From: Candidatus Latescibacterota bacterium
GTDB lineage: Bacteria; Latescibacterota; UBA2968; UBA8231
Assembly: GCA_965217585.1 (NCBI GenBank)
Contig: OZ244561.1
Coordinates: 4,960,001-5,024,000 of the forward strand
Length of the DNA stretch: 64,000 nucleotides
Reading direction: 5' to 3'
The translations under genes and the position numbers were made by a program. Shown one piece after another: positions 46,296 through 56,500 of this stretch; within the stretch, counting starts at the first letter, position 1; each line of letters opens with the position of its first letter. The notes beneath the pieces were generated by a model. It saw nothing but the letters and a program-made list of their open reading frames with translations, did not search any database and was not told the origin of the DNA.

Positions 46296-47669
46296 TTACG
46301 GACTATAATAGTTCCAAGTCATTTTACTGCGGCGGTAGTGGTCTTGCGACCACAGGCGCGGACGATCGGAACCCAGATTCTCGGACTCGTTGAAGTAGAT
46401 GTGGAGTTGGTTGCCTTGTAAGACGATCAGCTCTTCGCGCCAATCTCCAGCCACATCGGCGACATAGAACCGGTCGGCCTTTTCCTCGAAGCGGTGGAGA
46501 AAGCGTCCACTAATAGGATCGAAGATGCCGATATCCCCGGAGGTATGGCGCTCTTTGGCTGCGGCAAGCTGTTTGCGGTCGCCCGTCCAATCGATCTTGT
46601 GGATGACCTCGACCCCTCTTATGGTCCAGCCCTCGGGTGCTACATCGTCCATTTTGTAATCCGCGATTTTCTCTCCCTGTGCGTCAAAGACGAAAGGCTT
46701 CTGATGCTCGTTATAGCGGCTCCGACACCATATCTCTAGGCCCGGTCGCTCAAGGTCGAACTCGCCGACTGCCGCATTCTGGGGTTCTTGATGGCGGAAG
46801 TGCGTTTCCCAGAAGAGTTGTTCGTGGTTGTAGAGGAAAATGCGATTGCCGCCTCCTTCTTCTAAGGCGACGATTTCTAAGCCTGGGACGTTGGGTAGCA
46901 CGTCGTAGATGAAGATCGAGTCGATGTGACCTTTTAGGGGAATCCGCAGTAGGATTTTGCCATCGGCAGAGACGACAGTAGCGCCGATCACTTCGTCTTG
47001 CCCATCTCTATTCAGATCCGCCAGCCGCGCGCCGTTGTGGGCGCAGGAGACGAAATCGTCGCGTTCCCACAGGGGAGCAAAATGTCCGCGACGGAGATCG
47101 TCTATCGCATAGGCCGCTAGAAAGCGCCCCATGCGGTATCCCTCGGCATTGGTGGCTTGGAGGAGTATGTCTCGATCGCCCGCGCCACGGAAATTGGCGA
47201 CTACCAAATGCTCCCAGCGTTGGGTGCCTTTGGGAATGGGTGGCTTTGCGCTCCACTGCTCGCGCCCTGTAGTGCCATCGACCACGTGGAGCGTGCCATC
47301 TTGGGTGAGGAACAGCACTTCGACCTGTTTATCGCCATCGATGTCTGCAGCCTGAACACCTGGCCCGTGACGGCCGGGTAGGCCGATGCGCTCTGAGGAG
47401 CCGCCTATCCAGAGGTCGGTTTCAAGTACCCAGAGTTTGCGGCCATCGTGGGCATGAGCTGTGAGATGATTGGGAACGGTGACCAAGTAATCCATGCGTC
47501 CGTCGCCATTCAGATCGGCGACAATGAGGCCGCCGGCAGAATCCGTAGGGCCGGGAATTTCCAATTGGATGACGAATGGATTTACGGGGTATTCAGGCCA
47601 GGGCGACCGCATGTTCCCGATAGTAGAACAACTGGCTAGGATTAATAGCGTCAGAATTTGCAATGTCAT
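46296..47669 (-). CDS. Lipoprotein with FG-GAP/VCBS-type repeats (PL11 rhamnogalacturonan-lyase-like propeller)
   Basis: Lipobox LASC; DLNGDGRMD, DIDGDKQVE, DLNRDGQDEVI, ADVAGDWREELI. Confidence 0.72.
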   Translation of the reverse strand: MTLQILTLLILASCSTIGNMRSPWPEYPVNPFVIQLEIPGPTDSAGGLIVADLNGDGRMDYLVTVPNHLTAHAHDGRKLWVLETDLWIGGSSERIGLPGRHGPGVQAADIDGDKQVEVLFLTQDGTLHVVDGTTGREQWSAKPPIPKGTQRWEHLVVANFRGAGDRDILLQATNAEGYRMGRFLAAYAIDDLRRGHFAPLWERDDFVSCAHNGARLADLNRDGQDEVIGATVVSADGKILLRIPLKGHIDSIFIYDVLPNVPGLEIVALEEGGGNRIFLYNHEQLFWETHFRHQEPQNAAVGEFDLERPGLEIWCRSRYNEHQKPFVFDAQGEKIADYKMDDVAPEGWTIRGVEVIHKIDWTGDRKQLAAAKERHTSGDIGIFDPISGRFLHRFEEKADRFYVADVAGDWREELIVLQGNQLHIYFNESENLGSDRPRLWSQDHYRRSKMTWNYYSP

Positions 47670-47676
47670 GGAATAT

Positions 47677-48609
47677 TCAGACTCCGTTCGAGTGGGCGCA
47701 GGCCAAGGCGACAATCGCAGCGGGCGCTCGCCAAAACTCGGACCAATTCTCAGCTCTATCCGCACTGCGATAGAGCTGATCCTCGACCGCGACCCAAGCA
47801 ATTCCCTCGGCGTCAAAGGCGATGTGGAAGGTGTCGATATTGCCCTTGGCCTCGGGGAAGCCGGCAAGCGCCCGGGTCCAAGTGAGACCCGCGTCGTGCG
47901 AAAAGTAGAGCTTGCCCTGCACATCCCTGCCATGACCCGGTCCTTTGCTGACGCTGGCTAGCAGGCAGTCGGGATCGCGCGGGTGGACGGCCAAGGCGCG
48001 GCCATAGCGGTGTTCCAAGCCCTCGTTCCGATGCTCCCAAGAGTGGCCGTAGTCGTCGCTGGCAAAAACCGCGTCCGCAGTGTTGGCATACAAGCGTCCC
48101 TCCATAGGGGCGGTGGCTACCTGATGCACATCGGCGTGCAAGTCTGGGGTCACCGGCTCCCAGGTAGCGCCGCGGTCGGGCGAGCGCATGATGCTGCCGA
48201 CGTGGATATCGGCAAAAACCCAGTCGCCACTGTGTGCCAAACTGCGCACGGCCGGTGGACCGCCCCAAGGCGTGTACCAGCTCTGGCGGCATTCCAAAGC
48301 GTCGAAGGATTCTACCCGGCTCGCCGGCCCGCCGTCGCCGTTGAGACAGTACACGTGGGGCGGCTCGGTGCCCAGCAGCACTTGCAGCGGCTCTTCGGAC
48401 AGCAGGGCGATGCACTCGACCGAATCGCCGATGCCGGTGGCCTGCGGTTGGGCTTGGCCGTCGGCCAAGAAGACCACTTGACCATCGGCCAAACCAATGG
48501 CGGAACAACGGACGCCCTCGTCTAGGCAGCGGATGCCGTCGGTGGCCAAGCATTGCGTGGGAGTTTCTCCCTCCGAGATGAAAACTTGGTTACTAGTGGC
48601 TATGAGCAT
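47677..48609 (-). CDS. BNR/Asp-box beta-propeller protein
   Basis: SPDRGATW, SDDYGHSW, SHDAGLTW, SADRAENW; GGAGG RBS. Confidence 0.82.
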   Translation of the reverse strand: MLIATSNQVFISEGETPTQCLATDGIRCLDEGVRCSAIGLADGQVVFLADGQAQPQATGIGDSVECIALLSEEPLQVLLGTEPPHVYCLNGDGGPASRVESFDALECRQSWYTPWGGPPAVRSLAHSGDWVFADIHVGSIMRSPDRGATWEPVTPDLHADVHQVATAPMEGRLYANTADAVFASDDYGHSWEHRNEGLEHRYGRALAVHPRDPDCLLASVSKGPGHGRDVQGKLYFSHDAGLTWTRALAGFPEAKGNIDTFHIAFDAEGIAWVAVEDQLYRSADRAENWSEFWRAPAAIVALACAHSNGV

Positions 48610-48683
48610 GATCGTCCTCCTGAGGTTGGTTTTATAAAAGTCAAATTTTGCACAAATGCGGGCCGATGATTTGACGCACTTTC

Positions 48684-49973
48684 TCAGCGCTTGAAGTCGT
48701 ACTCCATCAGTTCTTCCGTGCCCTGCCATACGATACCATTGTGCCCCAGCCGACGTGCTTCGCTGACGATGCGGTCGATTGCTTCTGGTGGCCAACCCTC
48801 TCCGTGGATAATTGGATAGGATGGCGTGTCCGCTGGTAGGTACAGTTTTGCCTTCACCAGATCCCGCAAAACCAAGTCGGCCGTGGGGATCCGATAGGCC
48901 AGCGTCGCCGGTTCATCAGCGCCGTATGCGGCAATGGTCTCCGGCAACCCCATGCCGTCGTACCCCGTAAAGCGATAGACGAGCTGCAGGGCATCCTCTT
49001 CCTGCAGGTTGGGAATTTCCTGCTGCAGAAAGCGGGCCCACTCGATGAACGTGTTGCAGACAAAGGCGGAAATGTGGGACACCAGCGGGCTGGCAAAATC
49101 GGCCATCTCATCCCAGCGCCGGTAATTGTGGCCCGCCGTCAGTGCCATAGAGGCGGGGTAGGTGTCGGTGCCAAAGGCCGTGCTAGGGGCCGCTGCGTGC
49201 ACCGCCGCCCGAAAGCGCGCCAGATTGCGAGTGAGCAGGTCACAGCGGAAGCGGACCCAATCGAGTCCCCCCGACCGCAGACCGAGCGCGTGGACCACAT
49301 CGAAGAAACCAACCCCGAGACGGACTACCTCGCCGAGGCGGGCACCGTCGAGCCGGCGCAGTCCCTCCCGGGTACGCTGCAAGTCCTCCACCATCGCTCC
49401 CATGTCGTAACCGAGCTCTTGGGCGGCGGCCGTGCAAGAAGAACAGGTGCAGCCAAAAAGCCCTAGGGGAAAACTGCCCATCGGATAGCGGAAGTGGGTG
49501 ATGTCGAGCGCGTCGAGATCGTACTGGGTCGCCCAGTACACGCACACGGCCTCGATCCAGTCTTGCACATCCGCCCGCGATGGACAGAACATAAGACGGC
49601 GGATCGTCCAAGCTCCTCCGCACGTCCACACATTCAGGCCTGCTTCCTTTAGCTGTCCCACAGCCTGTCTGAAGGCTTTGTCGTCGCCTTGGGCCGCAAC
49701 GCCGGGACCGCACAGGGCCTGAGCCCGCTGGTATTCCCGCGGGTCTATGGGCCGACCATCGAAATGCCGTATAACGAGCTTGGTCAGTTCCGCTGCTGTC
49801 GGCGTGCGTCCCCCATAGGGACTGAGGGCGAGCACCTCCTCCGATAGCTGGCCCGTAAAGGAGAGAACCACCGTATTCAGACCGATCTCATCGCGCAGCC
49901 GCTCGACATAATCGGGGTATTTGAGCACCACATCCGTGGTCAGATAAATTCCCGTGAGCCAATTATTGGTCAT
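48684..49973 (-). CDS. Hypothetical glycoside-hydrolase-like TIM-barrel protein
   Basis: CPS..V..W......YDLDALD..HFRYP and CxCxxC resemble DUF187/GH-like barrels. Confidence 0.55.
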   Translation of the reverse strand: MTNNWLTGIYLTTDVVLKYPDYVERLRDEIGLNTVVLSFTGQLSEEVLALSPYGGRTPTAAELTKLVIRHFDGRPIDPREYQRAQALCGPGVAAQGDDKAFRQAVGQLKEAGLNVWTCGGAWTIRRLMFCPSRADVQDWIEAVCVYWATQYDLDALDITHFRYPMGSFPLGLFGCTCSSCTAAAQELGYDMGAMVEDLQRTREGLRRLDGARLGEVVRLGVGFFDVVHALGLRSGGLDWVRFRCDLLTRNLARFRAAVHAAAPSTAFGTDTYPASMALTAGHNYRRWDEMADFASPLVSHISAFVCNTFIEWARFLQQEIPNLQEEDALQLVYRFTGYDGMGLPETIAAYGADEPATLAYRIPTADLVLRDLVKAKLYLPADTPSYPIIHGEGWPPEAIDRIVSEARRLGHNGIVWQGTEELMEYDFKR

Positions 49974-50016
49974 TTTTTTCCTTTCGGGAGTCGTAGCGAA
50001 TCTACATTAGTCGTCG

Positions 50017-50973
50017 TCAACTCCGCCAGCCGCCGGCCTCGTAGAATTCGCGCGACTGATCGACGGTTCTCTCCGTCTCCTGCAGAAAGGAGAGTAGGCC
50101 CCTGAGGAGGCCGACTAGATCGGGCCGCGCTCCAGCACCGGTGGCGACGCCTTCCGGCACGTAGGGATTGCCCGGCGCACTCTGCAAGATCGCCTGCGTG
50201 GTCTTGGGCATGTACGTGCATAGGTACCCGTCGTAGCCGATCCCTTTCAGAATTCTGAATATTTCTTGGTAGTCCGCGTGGCCGGTCCCGTGTTGGCAGT
50301 GGTTGGTCTCGTTGAGGTGGAAGTGTTTGATCCGCGATCCGGCGTAGCGCAACGCATCCGGGATCGAGCCTTCCTCGATGTTCATGTGATACACGTCCGG
50401 CTGCACGCCGAGATTGTCGAGCCCGAGTTCATCGACGTAGTTGACTGCTTCGTAGATCGTCGTCAGCACGCCGGGGAGACCCTCGTACGTGTTCAGCGGC
50501 TCCAGCAGGATGGTGATGCTGCGGCTTGCAGCATGTTCGCAGATCTCCCGGATCGACTGCCGGAAGTTGTTGCGCAGGGTCTCTACCGGCTCCAGCGGAA
50601 ACGGCAACTGGGGAACCGCTGGCTGGGCCGCGCACAGCTCCGTGAAGCTGGCCTCGGCGTCGGCCGCCAAATTGACGGTGTCCTTGGCGTACTGCACGGC
50701 GCGCGCCCTTTTCTCCGGGTCCGAACTGGCGAGGTTGCGCTCCTCACCGGCGTGGTAGTATCCCCAGGCCGCGAGGACTTCCGGGACGACGAGGCCGGCG
50801 TCTTCTACTCTCTTGCGCCATTCACGACCATCCATCTTCTCCGGATTACCGGGCAGATCGATGCCAGTGTATCCGGCCTCTGCGGCGGCTTGCAGCACTA
50901 CATCGGGTTCTTCGAGAATGTTGTATCCGACCCACGGAAGCGTGTCGCACTGCAAGCTGTATTTGAAAGCCAT
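50017..50973 (-). CDS. Sugar phosphate isomerase/epimerase (AP endonuclease 2 TIM barrel)
   Basis: LLEPLN.YE, DVYHMNIEE, HFHL.E.N...G.GH.DY, GYDG. Confidence 0.88.
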   Translation of the reverse strand: MAFKYSLQCDTLPWVGYNILEEPDVVLQAAAEAGYTGIDLPGNPEKMDGREWRKRVEDAGLVVPEVLAAWGYYHAGEERNLASSDPEKRARAVQYAKDTVNLAADAEASFTELCAAQPAVPQLPFPLEPVETLRNNFRQSIREICEHAASRSITILLEPLNTYEGLPGVLTTIYEAVNYVDELGLDNLGVQPDVYHMNIEEGSIPDALRYAGSRIKHFHLNETNHCQHGTGHADYQEIFRILKGIGYDGYLCTYMPKTTQAILQSAPGNPYVPEGVATGAGARPDLVGLLRGLLSFLQETERTVDQSREFYEAGGWRS

Positions 50974-51204
50974 GATGTTAGTCTTTCTGCTTTGGAATGG
51001 TGGTTAGTTAAGCTTCCGCTCGTCGTCAGTTTTTGCGGGGAATGGATCGACCGCTAGGCCGCACTGCGCTCTGGGCTGTTTAAGATAGAGTAAGCACCAG
51101 AGCGGCAGGCAACCAGCAGTCGGGTTAATCATTGGACGACTACTTTGCACCTCGCCGAGACGATGCGGAGTGTTCTATAATGAAATGCGTCCTTGGTACT
51201 CCGG

Positions 51205-53511
51205 TTAGCGCACCACGTAGAACCGAGCGCGATCCCTAAAGCCGTGCGCATCGACGATCTCCAGCGCGTGAGCACCCGGCTCCAGCGACACTGCCAAACG
51301 GTGCTGGTTTACGGTGCGGCCCAAGAAGCGACGATTCACATACCAGAATAACGCCCGCTCTTGGTCGGTATGGGCTGCCCGCAGGACGATGGGCTGCTGC
51401 TTACCGTCGAAATCCCGGCCGACCTGTAAACGGGCCTCTGGCGTTGGGTAGAGTACCTGTAGGGGCTTGGCTTCGGATTGCACTGGGCAGTCCGCCTTGT
51501 GGGGCGGTGGATCGTGGAGCACCTGTCCCCGTTCCCGCAGATATTGCACGACATCGGTCGGATAGACCGTCTGCTGCGCCAGCCTGTGGTCGCCCGGCTG
51601 CCAGCACAACGAACACACCTGATGAGTGCCCGCTGTATTGAGGACGATGCTGCGATGGTAGGGACAGCGGTCCATGGGACGCCTGTGCTGGGGCACCAAA
51701 GCTTGGGTTGGATGCGGGCAATGGGGGCCGACTGGCCGGCCGCTGTCGCGACAGAGCATCGCGATTGTGAGGTCGGTGTCGGGCCGCGAAAACCACGCTT
51801 GGTCGAGGTCTTTGGGGACGCGGTGGAAAATGTCAAAGAGCAACGGACCGGCGGCTTGTGCGCCGCTCAGGGCGGGGTTGCCCTCGCCCGAGAAGTTGCC
51901 GAGCCAGACGGCAATAGTCCACGCGGGACTTACGCCTAGCGCCCAGGCGTCGCGCTGGCCGTAGCTGGTGCCGGTCTTCCAGGCGAGGGGCCACTGGTCC
52001 TGGTACTGGTGCCAGTAGTACTCGACCCCGGGCCGCCGCACGTTGCGCAGCGCCTCTAGGACGAGATAGGCGGCACCCGGGCTGATGAGGGGCGTCGCTG
52101 GCGTGGGTTCGGTCTGCTCCTGCAAGTAGCGCAGGGGCTCGATCCGGCCGCCGCGGGCGAGGCCGCGGAAAAGCCGGGCCATGTCCCAGAGGGTGACTTC
52201 GGCACCGCCGAGAATCAGTGGCAGGCCGTAGTCATCGGCCGGGCGCACCAGCGTGGAGACACCAGCGTCTTGGAGAAAGCGGTAGAAGTTAAATAGGCCA
52301 TAGCGCCGCAAGAGGCGCACGGCTGGGACGTTGAGGGAGCGCACCAGGGCCTCTTCGGCCCTCACTAGGCCGTCGTAGCGCTCGTCGGCATTGCGCGGGG
52401 AAAATCCACTATAGGAAGTGGGTACGTCCTTGACTAGGGTCTGGGGCAGGATCAGGCCGGCGTCCATGCTCAGGGCGTAGAGAAAGGGCTTGAGCAGCGA
52501 ACCTGAAGAGCGCGGCGCAATCACGCCATCTACCTGCCCTTGGTGCGCCGGATCGAAGAAGTCTCGCGAGCCGACGTAGGCCCGGACTTTGCCGCTACCG
52601 GTCTCTACCAGCAGCGCGGCACCATTGCCGATGCCTTGGTGGTCGAGGTAGCGCAGGTGCCGTCCGACGAGGGTTTCAAGTTCCCGTTGCAGGCCAGCGT
52701 CTATGGTGGTCTTGATGAGGCGGCCTTGGCGACCGCGTTTGAGCGCGCGCGACAGATGCGGTGCCCAAACCGGATACGGAAAGGCCCGCGTGGGCACGGA
52801 TTCGGCGAGGGCCAAGCGCAAGGTCTCCGCGTTGAAATGGCCGGCTTGCTGCAGGCTGGTGAGCAGGCGGTTGCGCTTTTGCACTAGTTGCTGCGGATTG
52901 GCCGTGGGGGAGACGAGGCCGGGCGCGTTGGGCAGCACCGCGAGGGTCGCAGCCTCACTCCAGGTCAGCTCATCGGGCGGCTTGCGGAAGTACTTGTGGG
53001 CCGCGGCTTGGTAGCCGACGAGGTTGCCGCCGTAGGGCGCGTGATCGAGGTAGAGGCGCAGGATCTCGTCCTTGGCGTAGTAGAGCTCGATTTTGAGCGC
53101 CAGCAGGGTCTCGAAAGCCTTGTTGACATAGGTGCGCTCTTTGGGACGCATCAGCCGCGCTACCTGCATGGTGATGGTGCTGGCACCGCTTTTGACCGCC
53201 CCGGTCGCGGCGTTCTGATAGAGGGCGCGGCCCAACGCGAGCGGGTCAACGCCCAAGTGGCGGTAGAAACGCCGGTCCTCAAAGTGGAGGACGGCCGTTC
53301 GCAACTTGGCGGGCACGGCGAGGCTGGTATCGGGGGGGAAGCACCACTGCTGATCGCGGTTGAGGAAGGCGCGCAGGAGCTGGCCGTCGCGAGCGACGAT
53401 CAGGGTGCTGTAATCCGGCGCGAACAAGGGCCGTGGCAGGGGGGTCAGGAAGTACAGGGCCGCGCCCAAGATCGGGACGGCGAGATACAAGGCATAGCGG
53501 GCGATGCGCAT
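51205..53511 (-). CDS. pbpC: Penicillin-binding protein 1C
   Basis: EDRRFY.H.GVD, GASTITMQVAR, SLLKPF, SLNVPA, KTGTS; adjacent to alpha-2-macroglobulin. Confidence 0.94.
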   Translation of the reverse strand: MRIARYALYLAVPILGAALYFLTPLPRPLFAPDYSTLIVARDGQLLRAFLNRDQQWCFPPDTSLAVPAKLRTAVLHFEDRRFYRHLGVDPLALGRALYQNAATGAVKSGASTITMQVARLMRPKERTYVNKAFETLLALKIELYYAKDEILRLYLDHAPYGGNLVGYQAAAHKYFRKPPDELTWSEAATLAVLPNAPGLVSPTANPQQLVQKRNRLLTSLQQAGHFNAETLRLALAESVPTRAFPYPVWAPHLSRALKRGRQGRLIKTTIDAGLQRELETLVGRHLRYLDHQGIGNGAALLVETGSGKVRAYVGSRDFFDPAHQGQVDGVIAPRSSGSLLKPFLYALSMDAGLILPQTLVKDVPTSYSGFSPRNADERYDGLVRAEEALVRSLNVPAVRLLRRYGLFNFYRFLQDAGVSTLVRPADDYGLPLILGGAEVTLWDMARLFRGLARGGRIEPLRYLQEQTEPTPATPLISPGAAYLVLEALRNVRRPGVEYYWHQYQDQWPLAWKTGTSYGQRDAWALGVSPAWTIAVWLGNFSGEGNPALSGAQAAGPLLFDIFHRVPKDLDQAWFSRPDTDLTIAMLCRDSGRPVGPHCPHPTQALVPQHRRPMDRCPYHRSIVLNTAGTHQVCSLCWQPGDHRLAQQTVYPTDVVQYLRERGQVLHDPPPHKADCPVQSEAKPLQVLYPTPEARLQVGRDFDGKQQPIVLRAAHTDQERALFWYVNRRFLGRTVNQHRLAVSLEPGAHALEIVDAHGFRDRARFYVVR

Positions 53512-53524
53512 GACACCCCTGCGG

Positions 53525-56500
53525 CTACGGCCCGACGACGACTGTGCCGCCGGCTTTGCGGGCGCGGAAGTCGCGGTCGTACATGGCTTCGACTTGCGTC
53601 GGCGGCAGGGAGAATGTGCCCTGGGTCACCGCGTTGAGCTTGACGGCGAAATCGAGCGCTTGGCCTTGGCGCGGCAGGTCGAAGAACCAATTGATGCGGT
53701 CGTCGCGGATATCGAGGTATTCTTCGGCGTTGAGCCGCCACTTCTTCATCCAGCCGGGTCGGGCCTTGGATGACAGCCGGGTATTTTCAATCTCCCAGCC
53801 GGCTGGCAAAAGCTGGGTGAGGGCCACTTCTTCGAGGACCTGTTGACGGCTGCGGTTTTCGACGCGGATATGGCCCCAAAAGGTGGTGCCTTGGGCTAGG
53901 GTATCGGGGGCGATGCGCATCCCGTCCTCGTCGAGCCATTCCACTTTCAGCCTAATCCGGCCCTCCTCGTCTTGCTCTACGCCCCGCAGTGGGATCCCTT
54001 CCCAGTCGAGGGCGACAAAGGCCCGTTTTACTGCATTCGCCGAGTCCAAGCGCACTTCGACATTCCCGCCGAAACCGCTGGTGATCTCCATCTGGTAGCC
54101 CAGCGTCTCGGTACTGAAGGGCACGGGCTCGCCGCCGGGTAGGTGGATGTGGCCGGTGAGTGGGGTCGGAGGACCGCTGCCCTGTTGCAGGGCCTGGACG
54201 TACTTGCCGAGGGCCAGCAATGCCACGCTGGTCGTCTGGGTAGAGTGCCAGCCCTTGTTGATGCTGTGGGCCACCTCTTTGGCCAGCGAATCGGCCGCGT
54301 CTTGGCGCTGGAAGGCGAGCAGGGCGTCGAGGATGAGGGCCTCGTCGCGCAGACCTGAGCCATAGGTGTTGGCAAGCTCCCGATACTCCTCGACTGCAAC
54401 GCCGGTGGTGCGGGCGATTTCGTTTGCGGTTCGTCCGATCCCCGCGTGCAGGTACGCCGCGGCCAGCAGCCACTTTTCCACGTTGGTCATACTGCCCAGT
54501 GAGTTCTCCTTGAGCAGATTCATCGCGCCGAGCGCCGGATCGCCGGCCAGCGCCAGCAGATAGACCCGGTACACGCGTCCCTTCAGGCTATCGCGGGTCA
54601 GGGTGGCTTGAGTTTGCTGATGGCGGAGCCATCCCTGGAGCATGTCGTCGGGAATGTGGTAGCCCAAGCTGCGGGCTTCGATCAGGAAGTGCCCGGCGTA
54701 GATGCTGCCCCATGCGGAAGTTTGGCGTTGGCCCGGCCACAAGCTGAAGGAGTTGTCGGGCAGTTGAAAGTGCCGCAGCCGGAGGATGGCCTCGTTTATG
54801 CGCTCGTCGATATCCGCGGCGACGATGCGGCGCTCTTCCGGCGTGAGGTCCAGCAGGTCCTTGAGATAGAGCTGGGGAAAAACCGAGGAAATGGTCTGTT
54901 CTAGGCAGCCGTATGGGTAGCGCACCAAGCGCAGCATCTGGTTATCGAAGTTGAAGTTGGGCCAGCGGCGCACGCTGATCCGCGCTTGGTTGGTGCCGGG
55001 CATGCCCTTGTCTGGCAAGGTGAACGACACCGACTCGCCGGGACTTATGCCGCGCTCGGTGCTCTCGTAGATCGGCGGCGATGAGGGCCGGACCTCGAGA
55101 TACGTCTGCCGCGAAGCGTGCGCTTCGGCGGCTGTGGCCTCAACCACTATGGTCGCTGACCCCACGGCATGGTCGGCTTGCAGCCGGAAGGACAGGTCGC
55201 GTTCCCCCACGCCGGCAAAATTGACCCGCTTGCGCGCCTCGCCGACGACGGCGAGCGGTCCCTGCACTGCGATTGACACCTCTACAGTGCCCAGACTCTC
55301 GGCCATGGCGAAGGCGGTGACTGGTACCTCAATCCGGTCGCTGGGACCAATGACCCGGGGCAGGGTCGAGAGTACCATCAGGTCGCTCTTAACCTGGGTG
55401 GTCTTCTCGGCGTGGCCAAAGCGCTTCCCCCGGGCACCCACGACCATGGTCCGCACTGCGCCGACGTAATTGGGCATGGTAAATTGCACCCGAGCATGGC
55501 CCGCAGCGTTGGTGCGCAAGGGGCCGGCGAACATGGAAACTGAGGGAAAGCGCCGGCGCGGGTCGCGTTGCGCCCGCTGCTCGGCGGCAAAACCGCCGCC
55601 AATGGCAAAGGTCTTGAATGGGTCGCCCTTGGCCACGCCGATGACGTGGGCGAATAGGTCGAAGGTGCGCACGCTTAGGCGTTGTTTTTGGAAGAAGGAC
55701 TCCGAGGGATTTGGCGTGTGGAAATCGGTCAGGGCCAGCAGGCCCTCATCGACCACGGCAATGGTGAACGCGGCCGAGTCCGCGGCACTTTGTACTTCCA
55801 CTGCAAAAGGGTCGCCGGGGCGCAACAGATCGGGCATCTGGATGTCGAAGTCGAGGCGAGTGGCTGGATCGTGGACCTCGATGGGAACGACGCCGAACAA
55901 GCGCATAGGCCGGTCGTTGTCGGTTTGGGCGTGCGGCTGGATCAGGGAGACAGAGGCGTAGGCCGTGGGGATCATCGCGGCGCTGATGGCGATGGGGATC
56001 CTAGCCTCCTCTTGGGTGCCGTCGAGGCGGTACCAGCGGGACTCGATCACTCGCCCGCCCTGTTCGACGGCAAAGAGGACGGAGCCTTCTTGGGGCACTG
56101 GAAAGCGGATGATGGCCTCGTCGCCGGGTTGGTAGCGCTCCCGGTCGGTTCGCAACACCAGCGCCCCCTCGTTGTCCTCGCCTGATGGCGTGCGGCCCCA
56201 GTGATAGGCGCGCACGAAAAAGGCCGCGGTATGGCCCTTGTCGTCGCCATCGGCGACTTCGATGAGGTACTGGCCTCTGTCGTCTGGCTTGAAGAGCAGG
56301 TCAATGGGTGTCAGCGCGGAGACGATTCGCTGCTCGGAGATGAGTTCGGTGCGGCGGTCGCTTTTGAAGCGCCGCTGGAAGGCGGCGCGGTTTTCGTATT
56401 CCCACCACCAATGGGTCGTTCCCCGGTAAACGCGGTAGCGCAAATTCCGGCCGGCCACGGGGTTGCCCTCGACATCAGTCACTATGGCGGGGACCTGCAC

